Shown: one piece after another, positions 10,846 to 21,635 of the stretch | How the letters are laid out: each line of letters opens with the position of its first letter | How positions within the stretch are numbered: position 1 is the first letter of the stretch | Assembly (NCBI GenBank): GCA_000002445.1 | Contig: CP000071.1 | Span: forward strand, 128,001-192,000 | Origin: Trypanosoma brucei | Lineage: Eukaryota | DNA: 64,000 bases | Direction: 5' to 3' | The notes under the pieces: model-generated | What the model was told of the DNA's origin: nothing | Seen by the model: only the letters and a program-made list of their open reading frames with translations | Databases searched by the model: none | Made by a program: the position numbers and the translations under genes

Positions 10846-11618
10846 AATGGACTTCGAACAACTTCATCATCATAATTTTCTTCATCATCTTCACCACTAT
10901 TACTTTCGTTTCCTTCCCCTATTGATTTTCTTCTTTGCATTCTTCCACGATATTTTCCTTTTCCCCCCTTACTACTATCCTCTTCATCCTCATCCTCATC
11001 CTCGCCCTCATCTTCTTCCTCGTCCTCCTCTTCATCCTCATCGTCTTCATCGTCTTCATCGTCTTCATCGTCGTCTTCCGTCCATAATCCTCCGTATGGT
11101 CCAACAATTTCTACACCCCGCACTCTTTGAATCTTCTCAGGGGTGAGGTAAGTGACAATACATTTTCCATGCACTGTACCCCAATGATCGTAATCTCCAA
11201 CATTTTTGGCCCATTTTTTTTCAAATTTCAACATATCCTTGGTGCATTTCGCAGCTTTGCTTCTCGTTAGTGGAAAGGTCCCATTTAGTTGACACACGGG
11301 ATTTATCCCCAAAAAATTCCAGCCTTTCATTGTTCTTCCCACAGATTCGAAGCTCGTATGATTCCATCCCTTTTTCGAATAGGCCAAAGCAATGCCACCC
11401 TCCTCACCCCCTCCGCAGTGCATCTTCCCCCACCTTATCCTCTGACCACCTCTTTCGCAATAAAACCGCATATGTCCACCTTTTTCAAATGCGGCGCACA
11501 CCTCGTCCAGTGATAATGAATTCCTATAGAGCGCATACATTTTGAGAAGTTCCCAAAAAGAGGCTTCAGCAGAGGACCCGAGAAAGCCGAGAATGAGCGC
11601 CAGTACTATGGTTTTCAT
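10767..11618 (-). CDS. Cassette gene A, copy 1: a 283-aa predicted secreted/surface acidic protein. Signal peptide MKTIVLALILGFLGSSA, Cys-containing N-domain, long D/E run, basic stretch, hydrophobic C-terminal tail (GPI-signal-like). Family unknown.
   Basis: ATG verified. The 17-aa N-terminus and ~18-aa C-terminus are identical to the ORF at 13813-14628. The internal ~240 aa are only distantly similar, though the Cys/Trp spacing is conserved. Confidence 0.6.
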   Translation of the reverse strand: MKTIVLALILGFLGSSAEASFWELLKMYALYRNSLSLDEVCAAFEKGGHMRFYCERGGQRIRWGKMHCGGGEEGGIALAYSKKGWNHTSFESVGRTMKGWNFLGINPVCQLNGTFPLTRSKAAKCTKDMLKFEKKWAKNVGDYDHWGTVHGKCIVTYLTPEKIQRVRGVEIVGPYGGLWTEDDDEDDEDDEDDEDEEEDEEEDEGEDEDEDEEDSSKGGKGKYRGRMQRRKSIGEGNESNSGEDDEENYDDEVVRSPLKRNNGKLHENKGNIFFFLLSILCYF

Positions 11619-12296
11619 ATTGATCTCCTACTGACAAACACAGAAAAAATGCCCATATATTTTACCCAATACTCACTAACGTATTCGATATACCTTCTCC
11701 CATGGTTGTAAGTAATTTTAGAAGAAAAGAAAAATAACAATTATCAAAAGGTTATATAACGCTCTTTTATTAGTTACTCCCTCTCGGCACTCATAATCCT
11801 CATCATCGGCCTCATCGCTGTTTTCACCTTTACGCCTGCATATTTTGGATTTACTCTTTTCACCTTTAACCTTTGAAACTTTAGTCTCCACAATTACCTC
11901 TTCCTTCTTTCGTTTTTCTTTTTGATATCCAAACTCTTTTACACGATTCTTTTCTTCGCATTGATTTAAATCTTCATCCTCTTCAGTTGCATCATACCTG
12001 GCAAAAGGCACATTTTCACTAGTGTTTGGCATTTGGGATTCCATAATGACGGACTTTATCTGAGTGCTTTCTTTGCTGCAGTTCCCTCCTATTCGTTTGC
12101 ATGTGCTTTCCATAGCACTTCCTGCAAGAGCCGCAAAAATGGTGGAAACAATTTGAGTGCCTACGCTTACACCTTGAGGTGGCGAGTAAACATGGTTCAA
12201 GGCTATGATGCAGTGATTCTGATTTCTTAAACGCCACACCCGCATTGGACCAGTAGCTTCTGTACGCGGGGTTGCCGCGAAATGCGCAGGCGCACA
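11571..12296. repeat. Duplicated segment Y, copy 1 (gene A signal-peptide codons, the A-B intergenic region and the 3' two-thirds of gene B). The second copy is at 14581-15297.
   Basis: agaggacccgagaaagccgagaatgagcgccagtactatggttttcatattgatctcctactgacaaacacag... is identical in both copies. Confidence 0.8.
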
Positions 12297-12662
12297 ATCG
12301 TTTATTGGTTCAACGATTATGGTTCGCCGCCTGCTCACCCGGCAGCATGGGTTGTAACCGCGACCACGAAAGGTGTCATTTACAAACTTGGCCCCGGGGT
12401 CTGAGAGGTGACGCTTCCAGTCTTCTAACGTCCATTGCGTAGGCAAAAGGTACATTCTACCGTCCTCTCCTCTAGAACACAATGTTATGTTCCACCCCTG
12501 CTCTGATTTTCGGATTTTGCTGTCAAAGTTACATGCTACAATAACACTTTCACCATCGATAAACCAAAAGGCGTGGCAATTCCTCACTCTGTTATATTCC
12601 TCACCATTACAGAGTGAGGAAAATAAAAGTATTATTAAAATAGCGCCTATCTGTTTACACAT
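11718..12662 (-). CDS. Cassette gene B, copy 1: a 314-aa predicted secreted/surface protein. Signal peptide MCKQIGAILIILLFSSLCNG, Cys-rich N-domain, E/K-rich acidic-basic region, hydrophobic C-terminal tail LLIIVIFLFF. Family unknown.
   Basis: The ORF-track start at 12671 is TTG; the first ATG is at 12660-12662. The C-terminal ~175 aa are duplicated, nearly identical, at 14728-15255. Confidence 0.55.
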   Translation of the reverse strand: MCKQIGAILIILLFSSLCNGEEYNRVRNCHAFWFIDGESVIVACNFDSKIRKSEQGWNITLCSRGEDGRMYLLPTQWTLEDWKRHLSDPGAKFVNDTFRGRGYNPCCRVSRRRTIIVEPINDCAPAHFAATPRTEATGPMRVWRLRNQNHCIIALNHVYSPPQGVSVGTQIVSTIFAALAGSAMESTCKRIGGNCSKESTQIKSVIMESQMPNTSENVPFARYDATEEDEDLNQCEEKNRVKEFGYQKEKRKKEEVIVETKVSKVKGEKSKSKICRRKGENSDEADDEDYECREGVTNKRALYNLLIIVIFLFF

Positions 12663-13217
12663 CAAGAACAATTCTGAGGGCGTAAATTTTTAGAGGCAGT
12701 GAAGCAACAGATTGTGCACCACAACGTGGTTTAGATCTTTGGTTTCTAAAGGTAGTAGTGATAGTAAAGCAAACCAACATTGTGGAGTAAAGAAAGAATG
12801 AGCTCAGAGCAAAATAGAAAATGATGTGAGGTGTAATTTATATTTTCGTGAGATAGAGGATTTTTAATTTTTTTTTGTTGGAAAAAATTCCAAAGAGAAA
12901 ACTTTTTCAAATTGTAGTTTCCACTTCCAACCCTGATTCTTCTATTTTCAAAATTAAATATATGCAGAGCGGCACAAATCACCACCTACTATTCATTACA
13001 ATCATCTACAAATGTTGTGGTAAGTTATACCAAATGTAATACCGTTTTTATAAAACATAAACACATGATAATTACGCTCCGTTGCTTTCAATTAAAATAT
13101 CGAGTAATTCTATAACAGAATAGTCAACATTAAAAAAGAACTCTATCAAATTACGAAAAATCACACAAAAGGAACAATATAACAGGAAGTACCCATCCTG
13201 AAAACGCGGCACTTTTC

Positions 13218-13855
13218 TAAACACTTGTAATCCCCATAGTAGCTTCTAGCTTAATGATAGCGTACAACATAAAGAAATTCAATACATCCTTCTCCAAACA
13301 TATATATATATATGTATGTGTGTGTTAATTTCCTTTAAACTTCACTCCCCTCACTTCCTTATATACTAAACTTCCATACCTTATCTAACCCACCATATGT
13401 TAAGTGTTACATCACTACGAATTTTCACTGTCCCAACAGTATTTCTTTCACGCTGTTCATAATTCTATAAGGCACCGCCCATCATATAGGGTAAACTATT
13501 TTTAACCTTTTAATTCTATTTTCTTACTTTGTACTATGTGTACATAGGTTATTATATGATGTATATGAAAATTGGTAAAAAGAAGCAACAGTTATATTCA
13601 ATTCCGAGAACACCTCATGTTGTAAATATAAGTTTTTAAAACTAATGATACCATTCGTTACGACACAAATATCCTCTCGAATATTACAACAATCTTATTT
13701 ATACCTTTAAATTCTTAATAAATAAATAATTATATTATCGACAGTATTTCGTGATTATTCTTTGACGAATTCTTTTGGTCCACCCATGACGTTACCGTCA
13801 TACAACAATTTATTAAAAATAACATAAAATGCTTAGTAAAAAAAAGAAAATATTA
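13218..13855. repeat. Duplicated segment X, copy 2
   Basis: See copy 1; roughly 95% identical by eye, with small indels. Confidence 0.8.
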
Positions 13856-14628
13856 CCCTTATTTTTTTGAGGACTTGCGGTACCTTGTTTTACCAGGTTT
13901 TGAAAATCTTCATTATCATTCGCATATTCATCATCGGCATCAGCACCATGTTTGTCATCTATTCCTTCTTCGTGTGCATTCTCACTACTCAATATCGTTT
14001 TTCGTTTTTTTGCGGTTCTTTTTCTCTTTTTGTGTCGCCTTTTTTTTTCAACTTCAAGTTCTCTAGTCATATTCTCTTCTTCATTCCTGCTCTCTTCTGG
14101 CTCGTCGTCCTCGTTAACTTCCACTGCTTCTCCTTCAGTTGAAAGAATGTCAAGAGGACGAGTGGTGATAATGCACTTCCCTTTCGCAGGATCCCAGCTC
14201 TTGTACCTATTACCATTTTTTACCCTTCGCTCCATCTTTTTTAGCGACTCGTTTGTGCATTGGGTGACCGGAACCTTAGGTAATTCAACTTCGTCATCAA
14301 TGGTGCACTCTGGATTCACTCCCAAATAAATCCAGTCATCCATATCTTGTTCCAGCAATATGTGCTTCTCGTAAGACTTCCACTCGTTTGAATAGGAAGC
14401 AAAAACATTCCCCTTTTCGTCGACACCGCAACTCATTACCTTCCAAATCGGCAACTCATTCCCCCTATGGCAAAACATCTGCATACCCCTGTCATCTGCA
14501 AACGCGGAGCACAACCGTTTGGGTGTCCCGAGGTCATCGTAAAACAAGTGCTTAATTTTATCCCATTCCTCTTTATCCGCAGAGGACCCGAGAAAGCCGA
14601 GAATGAGCGCCAGTACTATGGTTTTCAT
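13813..14628 (-). CDS. Cassette gene A, copy 2: a 271-aa paralogue of gene A with the same signal peptide and C-terminal tail but a strongly diverged mature region
   Basis: ATG verified. MKTIVLALILGFLGSSA... and ...KNKGNIFFFLLSILCYF are shared with copy 1. The core aligns only by pattern (C-AF...F-C-RG...W...CG...E-G...YS...W...LG-NP-C). Confidence 0.6.
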   Translation of the reverse strand: MKTIVLALILGFLGSSADKEEWDKIKHLFYDDLGTPKRLCSAFADDRGMQMFCHRGNELPIWKVMSCGVDEKGNVFASYSNEWKSYEKHILLEQDMDDWIYLGVNPECTIDDEVELPKVPVTQCTNESLKKMERRVKNGNRYKSWDPAKGKCIITTRPLDILSTEGEAVEVNEDDEPEESRNEEENMTRELEVEKKRRHKKRKRTAKKRKTILSSENAHEEGIDDKHGADADDEYANDNEDFQNLVKQGTASPQKNKGNIFFFLLSILCYF

Positions 14629-15297
14629 ATTGATCTCCTACTGACAAACACAGAAAAAATGCCCATATATTTTACCCAATACTCACTAACGTATTCGATA
14701 TACCTTCTCCCATGGTTGTAAGTAATTTTAGAAGAAAAGAAAAATAACAATTATCAAAAGGTTATATAACGCTCTTTTATTAGTTACTCCCTCTCGGCAC
14801 TCATAATACTCATCATCGGCCTCATCGCTGTTTTCACCTTTACGCCTGCATATTTTGGATTTACTCTTTTCACCTTTAACCTTTGAAACTTTAGTCTCCA
14901 CAATTACCTCTTCCTTCTTTCGTTTTTCTTTTTGATATCCAAACTCTTTTACACGATTCTTTTCTTCGCATTGATTTAAATCTTCATCCTCTTCAGTTGC
15001 ATCATACCTGGCAAAAGGCACATTTTCACTAGTGTTTGGCATTTGGGATTCCATAATGACGGACTTTATCTGAGTGCTTTCTTTGCTGCAGTTCCCTCCT
15101 ATTCGTTTGCATGTGCTTTCCATAGCACTTCCTGCAAGAGCCGCAAAAATGGTGGAAACAATTTGAGTGCCTACGCTTACACCTTGAGGTGGCGAGTAAA
15201 CATGGTTCAAGGCTATGATGCAGTGATTCTGATTTCTTAAACGCCACACCCGCATTGGACCAGTAGCTTCTGTACGCGGGGTTGCCGCGAAATGCGT
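14581..15297. repeat. Duplicated segment Y, copy 2
   Basis: See copy 1. Confidence 0.8.
14728..15297 (-). pseudogene. Cassette gene B, copy 2: a 5'-truncated copy retaining only the C-terminal ~175 codons
   Basis: It is nearly identical to 11718-12296. Sequence similarity ends at ~15297. The upstream B reading frame hits TGA immediately, and no signal-peptide region is present. Confidence 0.7.
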
Positions 15298-18200
15298 AAT
15301 TGGGCTCCGACGTCAGCCCGGGACTGAACATTCTTGCTGCCACCAGGCAAATGGCATTTGCCTTTTATGTGGAAGCGCCCATACTGTCAGTGCTTTCGCT
15401 TCTCTACCATACGTTCTTTCCTTTGAAATTCCAGTGTTTCGTTTGTGCTTCAACTGTACTCTAAATGAAAATATAGTACCTATAGGGTGTTAGTCATATA
15501 ATTATGTTAAAGTACTATATTATATTTTTTACATGACAACGGTGAAGTGTTCAACATGTTTATGTCCAACGAGAGTCGCCGATGACGACGAGTACGCCAG
15601 ATGGCTGCGAGGCCCATATTGGGTCGAAAACCAAGATCTTGAGGGTGCTGTGGGTCGCATTAGCAGGTTGTTATTATTATCGCTTGCTCTCGTCTGGCAG
15701 TCGGTTACGGAAGATAATTTAGCCCTAACGGTGTCATATAATAATCTTACCAATTCAATGAGCTACGCTACTCCACTCTCTACACTCCTGCGCCTGTGTT
15801 TGGTTTTTGTGTCAACTTTAGATGGAAATGCTTTAGTGAAGCGGTCTATCATCCGCTTCTCAGTTTTAACTGTGGAGAGTTTTCCTTATCAAGCACCACA
15901 CGATCACGACTCCGGTATGTTTACTAACTTTCATCCCCTTTTGTTAATATTTATTTTTTGCAACCACCATGTGGCAAAGTGGATATGAGCTGCTCCTGTC
16001 TCCATCATTTCGCCATTGCGCCCTGTAATCACCCTTTCTAAATGTTGAATCACTTCTCGAGGACTCCTCGAAAAAAAAAAACCCTGACCATCACCATTCC
16101 CTCTCACTAACTCCCCTTCAAACTCTTATACATAGAGCGTGTAGCTGCACAAGACGGTGTTACACGTATTCGTCCGCCACGCGCAAGGAGAGCCTGCATC
16201 TCAACACTTTCAACCGTCAGCATTATCAGCTGTTTGACCACGGGCATCCCATGAAAATGCTTTCAAACTTCATGCAGGACGAACCAATCTCGGTGGAGCT
16301 GTAGTCGCTATGCACTTATGATTATACAAATGCACCCCTCGTTGTATTTCCAGTTGGCTTCCAAAACACACGAAAAAAAGGAGAGTGAATATGAAATATT
16401 CGAATCCATCACCGACGCATGAGCATTTGTAGTTGGAGCAGGCGCCAATGTCAACGATTCCTCCACAAGTATATAAAGATATATTATTTCACTCACCGGA
16501 AGTATTCATAGAAAGCAAGAAAAAGCATTAAGAGACCACACCTCAGGAGTCTTCACGCTGGAAAGGCTACTCCGCACATTCTTTACGGGCGCAATTGGCA
16601 CGTTCATGACCTTTTACCGCCCACCACCGAGAGGGGCATGTGGCTCCCAGGCGGTATTGTAGAAAAAAAATGCGGCGACAGCATCGAGTTAAAAACAAAC
16701 ATAACACACGTCCATACAAAACAGGGACACAGAAAGTAATTGTCCCTGCACCCTTTCTCAAATGAGAGAGATCTTCATTGGCTGTCAGAAAGAAAAAAAA
16801 AACATCACTGCTTAGTAAGAGGCATCATTTTGAAGAAAGCTCATAATTCAACAAATTCGTTCTTACAATAAAAACGACTGAAATAACAGTTTCTACAAGA
16901 TGTAGGCAGCCGTACACTAGCGTGATGATATGAAGCATGGTATTCGCTCAGGCTTCCGATCTATGAGGAAGTAGAAAAATAGCGGCAAACGCTTGATGTA
17001 GATAATTATTCACAAGGTCCGAAAATAGTATAGGATTCTCTCAGGTAATATCGAATGAACTCATACTCCAATTTGAGCCACAGGAAACACTTGTGCCAAA
17101 CACGTTTCTGCAAACCATCAACCTTTATTCAAGAGGCGGTGGGCACATTTATACCAACGGAAAGCGCGCTGCCTGTAGGCGAAAATATGAAATTCCCGCA
17201 ACAAGCCATGAGATGCACCAACAACGTCTTACACAGGAGGCGAATGTGTTATGCAATACGCTATTGAAGAAGGGTTTTCACGGCCGCTAGCGGAGGGAAT
17301 GCCACCGAACGGCTTCAGGATGACAATAATTCTTGGGATCAACCGTGATCATCTACAGGGAGCGTGGGGAGTTAAATTGGGGCTGGCGACTGAGCCAAGT
17401 GGTGACCATCGTTTTATCGGGTCCGGAGCAAACCATATTGGAGTACTTACCGATAAGTCTTCGTGCACACGCTAAAGAAACAGGTGCAAACCTGCCGGTG
17501 CGGCGAGAATTGGGCGAACGAAACCGTGCGATTGTCAGCAACAATAACCCCGTCATAAAGGAGGCAATTCCGAAGAGGATGAATGGGCTGGTGTCAAATT
17601 TTGGAAGCGAAAATTATGGAGTACACGCGGGGAAATAAAGCGGTATGAAAACGGAAAGGGCGCTGATCAAACTGGAGATGGAAAAAAAAACCTGGGTAAC
17701 GCGCAGGTCTCAAATCCTTTGGGCCAACCACTCGGTCCAATAAAGGAGCAGGAGGTACATGCAAAGAACGAGGGTTATAGCTATCAAAAATGAGGGAACA
17801 GGAATGATATCGGCCTCAAGGAACTGAACGGGCAAAGAATGATCATGCGCTCTGCCTGACAGTGGTGAAAGCGCATATTTAGCTTTTTTTTTTTGCAGAG
17901 GGGGATGCAGTTGTCAGACGCGCTGAGTTCGAGCTAGCAAGAGAAGAAAAAATAAGGCAAAGCGCCGTGAGCAACAGCGCGCATCCCAAAGAATGAGAGT
18001 TGTTCCGACGTATTTAATGAGTTGTAGCTTAACCCAGGAAGTGAGAGAGCGGACCGCAAAGCAGACGACCGGCGTACAGGACACATGAAAAAGATTAACG
18101 AGAGGCAGAAGTAGCGGGGGGAGGGAATTTAGAAGGAACACCTGACACGGGGCCGACTGCCAAGTTCAGACGGGTCCATCACGCTGGACGCGCTTTCGTG

Positions 18201-20157
18201 AGGAGTGTCATCGAACCCAAAAGCGGAAGAGGTCATGACAGAGCTGGAAAGATATTCCGCAGCCATGGCAGAGCGCATTGTGATGGAAAACGGAGCTAAT
18301 AAAACGAACTAAAATAACAAACATGAACATAGCAAAAAAAAAAAGAGGAACGATCCGGTTATCCGGTCAGTATCCAGTGCGATACACGCGTGAGTCAGGC
18401 AGCGGTTGTGCACACGATAAAAGCGCACAAACGGAGGAGCAAGTGAGTGCCATCAGCAACAAAGCTTGGGGAATGAAGTAAAGCTACGAGAGGAATCCCG
18501 GTGTGACGACTGTGTGAAAATCTTTGATTGAAGTTAGCCGTTGTGGTGATTAAAAAAAAACACACACACACAAAACATTCCCATAAAGATAACCGAAGGA
18601 GAAAAAAGTCAGAAAAGCACCAAGGAGGAATTACCGAGAAAGGGCTCCGACGCCCGCACTGGTTGAAAAAGTACGAAAAATACGTATAACAAAAAAACAA
18701 AAGGCAACGAAAAAAAAAAAAACCGTCCAAGTATACAGAGCGTCGAAGAAAAGAGTAAAATGGTTTGAAAAAAAAAAAGAAAACAGAAGGTAGAGAATAC
18801 AAACGCCCGAGAGTCAATGGTATAAAAGGGAACCAGAGAGTAAAACATGGGTAACGGAGCACAACTACAAACCGAAAGTTGGTGGAGAAAGAAGGGAAAA
18901 TCAGAAGGTTATGTTAGACACAGAACCATGTCCAACATGTAGCAAAATATGCCACCACAAGTGGATCCCGAACTGCGTATAACAAAGGATACCTGGCACA
19001 CAACGGCACTCCTTTTTTTACCTTAGAAAAAAAAGGAAAGAAAAAGTGGGGATGGACGGAAAAGGAGGTACAGGGGAGACAAGATATTTTTTAAAAAAAG
19101 CAAAAAAAAAAAGAGATCACGGACATAGAAGATGTACCCGCGCCTCAAGACGGTAGCTGCTGGAGTTCCACTTCCAGGGAGCATCACGAAAACACAAATG
19201 TTTCCCAAGGCAAAAAAAACGAAGAGTGACACAAATTAGCAGGATTTACTTCTCTAACCTCAAAGGCTCATCTCAATGTTCCCCTTTCTTCGCTCAACAA
19301 AACACGCCACTAAGCAATACCTGGCAATTCACCTTTAGGTAAGATAGAGGCGACAGCCCCATAAGGTAGTCAAAAAAAAGGGTTGGGGATGTTGTCTCGG
19401 AAGTGAGTTCCGCACTTGTTTGAGAGACTTACTATTAAGGATGCGAAGGCAAGAGTACAAAGCAGACAAGTTCAAGGAAAAAGAGAAGCAATGTAAATGT
19501 GTGGTTGGCATCTTTTCTCAGGGAGTTGTCCAAAGTGCAATACTCCACGACCCCGATACAAAAAAAAAAAAGCAAAGTTGAAACCTACAAAATCGAAGGA
19601 AGAAGACCACACCCACCTTAAAGAATCCGCAAAACTCTACCGCAAAACAAGGCAAATGAAGTGTACAAAAGCAAAGGTTGATGCAACGGCAAGGTGCAAA
19701 CTCTCAAAACACCAGACGCTTATTCAGCATTTGGCGTATCTAAATGGAAAGCGGTAGGGAACCCCGATCGGCTTCCCATCGTGATCAGCAGTCCATTTAG
19801 GAGTCGGTGCCGCGGGAATGGAGTACCATAAGCTTACTGTCACATTCCCCTCCCTTTCCCCCCCAAAAAAAAATAATAATCCGGTACCATAACTTAATTC
19901 CCATCTGTTGTCCCCGCCTTTTGTGCGCATGCGCAGTTCAACACCAATACACGCAGCAACCACCTCTTCGACTTAGGGGTCCAACATCAGGGAACCTCAC
20001 TTACCATTTGCACTAAAAAAGGAGAAAAAATGAGCGAAATAAACATAGCCACTCCTCCAGGGCCGTGAGCGGGTAGTGACAACCAATGGGTAGCACTGCT
20101 TTACGCACTTAAATCGAGTCAAATCATGCCGACCCAAAATATGGAACTGCCAACGTT

Positions 20158-20185
20158 AAAATAATAATAATAATAATAATAATAG
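20158..20185. repeat. (AAT)9 microsatellite
   Basis: Read directly; a second (AAT)7 tract is at ~61790-61811. Confidence 0.85.
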
Positions 20186-20506
20186 GACAAGCCCATAGAT
20201 AAACAGTCAATGAGTAACTGTAGATGGAAGAAAACAAAAGTAAAAAAAACAGCACATCTGTGAATGGGCTAAACCCAATGTATGCTGGTGTAAAGTGGCT
20301 CTTACAATGTTATGGGGTCAGGGGTGGGGGTCCTAGTAGTATAAATTCATGTTCATCTTCGTCCGCTGTTACGAAACAAATGCGGACATCCATCACACAA
20401 TTATACAGCCTTGCTCTTTTTTTTTACCTAATGTTTTGGGAGACTTTCGCATTCTGGTGCCTACAACTTTCATAATATCGTATAGTAAAATGGCGTTTTA
20501 CACTAT

Positions 20507-21635
20507 TCAGTTATGCTTCCGCATTGGGAAACGCAGATCCTCCAACTTCAGTAGATTTTGTAATCCGTTCAAATTATTTAGGTTCATACAGTCAAATATG
20601 TCCAATTTTTTTTTGAAATTACAAAGAATCTTTATGGCATCGATATTTTTAAGACCTACACATCCCGAGAGATCCGGTCTTTCTAAACTCCTTAAATAAC
20701 GTAGTTCACTAATATTGTTCAATTTGGTACATCCGGATAGGTAAAGCGTTTTCAACCCAACAACTTTTTGAAGCCCATCCAGATCCTTTAGATCCGTACA
20801 ATGGTTTAGGTAAAGCTCTTTCCAATTTCGGACATCCCCGCAGAAACTTCGCGCCACCCACCGACGCACAACCGTTGAGATTTGTTGCTTTTACTTCATT
20901 TTTTTTTTTTCGATGCACAACTCACTTACGTTCCTCAGATTGTCACGATCTGATAAACTCAACGCATCCAAATTACGCGCATCCGCGAGACCACGCACTT
21001 CGCGACGACTTGGGCACCCTTTGACTACGAAGGACTTCAATCCGACGCAGTCACTCACATTGATCTCCGTTAAAGTTTCGCACCGCTCCACATGGAGAGC
21101 AACAAAATTATCTGCACGGCACAAATTCGCGTTTTTTTTAAAGGTCGCGTACACTTTTAGTTTGAGAACTCCATCCGTTTCAGAACCGATGAAGAACTCT
21201 ATATTTTGTGTTGTATCGTGAAACCCACGAATTGAGTACATGTCCACACCATCCCCAACTATTTGGTGTCATGCCGCGGCCGCAACCTGCTCTGTGGCTG
21301 CATTTCCCCGCGAGCGGAAGAATTGTTTGATTAGGCGTCGTCGCCTCATGGTTGGGACGTTTCGTCATCTCCCTTTCGGTTCTGGCACCATTCTCAGTTT
21401 GCTTCCGCCTGACCGGCAGTTCCACTTCACCAGGTTCAGTTTTGTTCTTATTCTGTGGCGCATCTGCTGCTTCCATCCGCGGATCCCTCTGGTTTTCCCC
21501 CACCTCCGTTGTTTTGATTGTGAGTCTCCTTTTTTTCCCCCTTGAAAATGAGATGATCTTGCCGTTCACAAATGCAGAGTAGCCCACCAGCATTATCATT
21601 AACAGACATTCTCCTACTACTGATGATGTTTCCAT
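20507..21635 (-). pseudogene. Leucine-rich-repeat protein (ESAG8/LRRP-like) pseudogene, broken into three overlapping reading frames
   Basis: LRR units of the ESAG8 type (LxxLxLSGCxxLxNIxxL, e.g. LKTLYLSGCTKLNNISELRYLRSLERPDLSGCVGLKNIDAI; LTEINVSDCVGLKSFVVKGC) appear in ORFs 20507-20869 and 20891-21247. A third frame covers 21180-21635. Confidence 0.6.

Noticed and set aside
13952-14329. 125-aa plus-strand ORF (and other plus-strand ORFs such as 52253-53032 and 56748-57464)
   Set aside because: Antisense to well-supported minus-strand genes (cassette gene A2, P5A-ATPase, Sel1 protein). Ser/Leu-rich composition is typical of antisense translation of acidic or GC-rich coding sequence.
15029-15343. 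104-aa ORF overlapping the truncated gene-B copy (and its twin at 12019-12297)
   Set aside because: It is in an alternative frame to the conserved gene-B reading frame and only exists because of the duplicated sequence; the B frame itself is closed by TGA at the repeat boundary.
15298-15530. Possible RIME/ingi terminus right after the truncated cassette copy
   Set aside because: No 79-bp signature, poly(A) tail or target-site duplication could be recognised; it is merely unique sequence at the duplication boundary.
16385-16405. tRNA-like 'ttcgaatcc' T-loop string
   Set aside because: No acceptor-stem complement, GG D-loop or anticodon-stem structure could be formed from the flanking sequence; an isolated motif match only.
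18395-18862. 155-aa and 79-aa Phe-rich minus-strand ORFs
   Set aside because: They are translations of poly(A)/purine-rich plus-strand tracts (TTT→F); low complexity, no start context, almost certainly non-coding.
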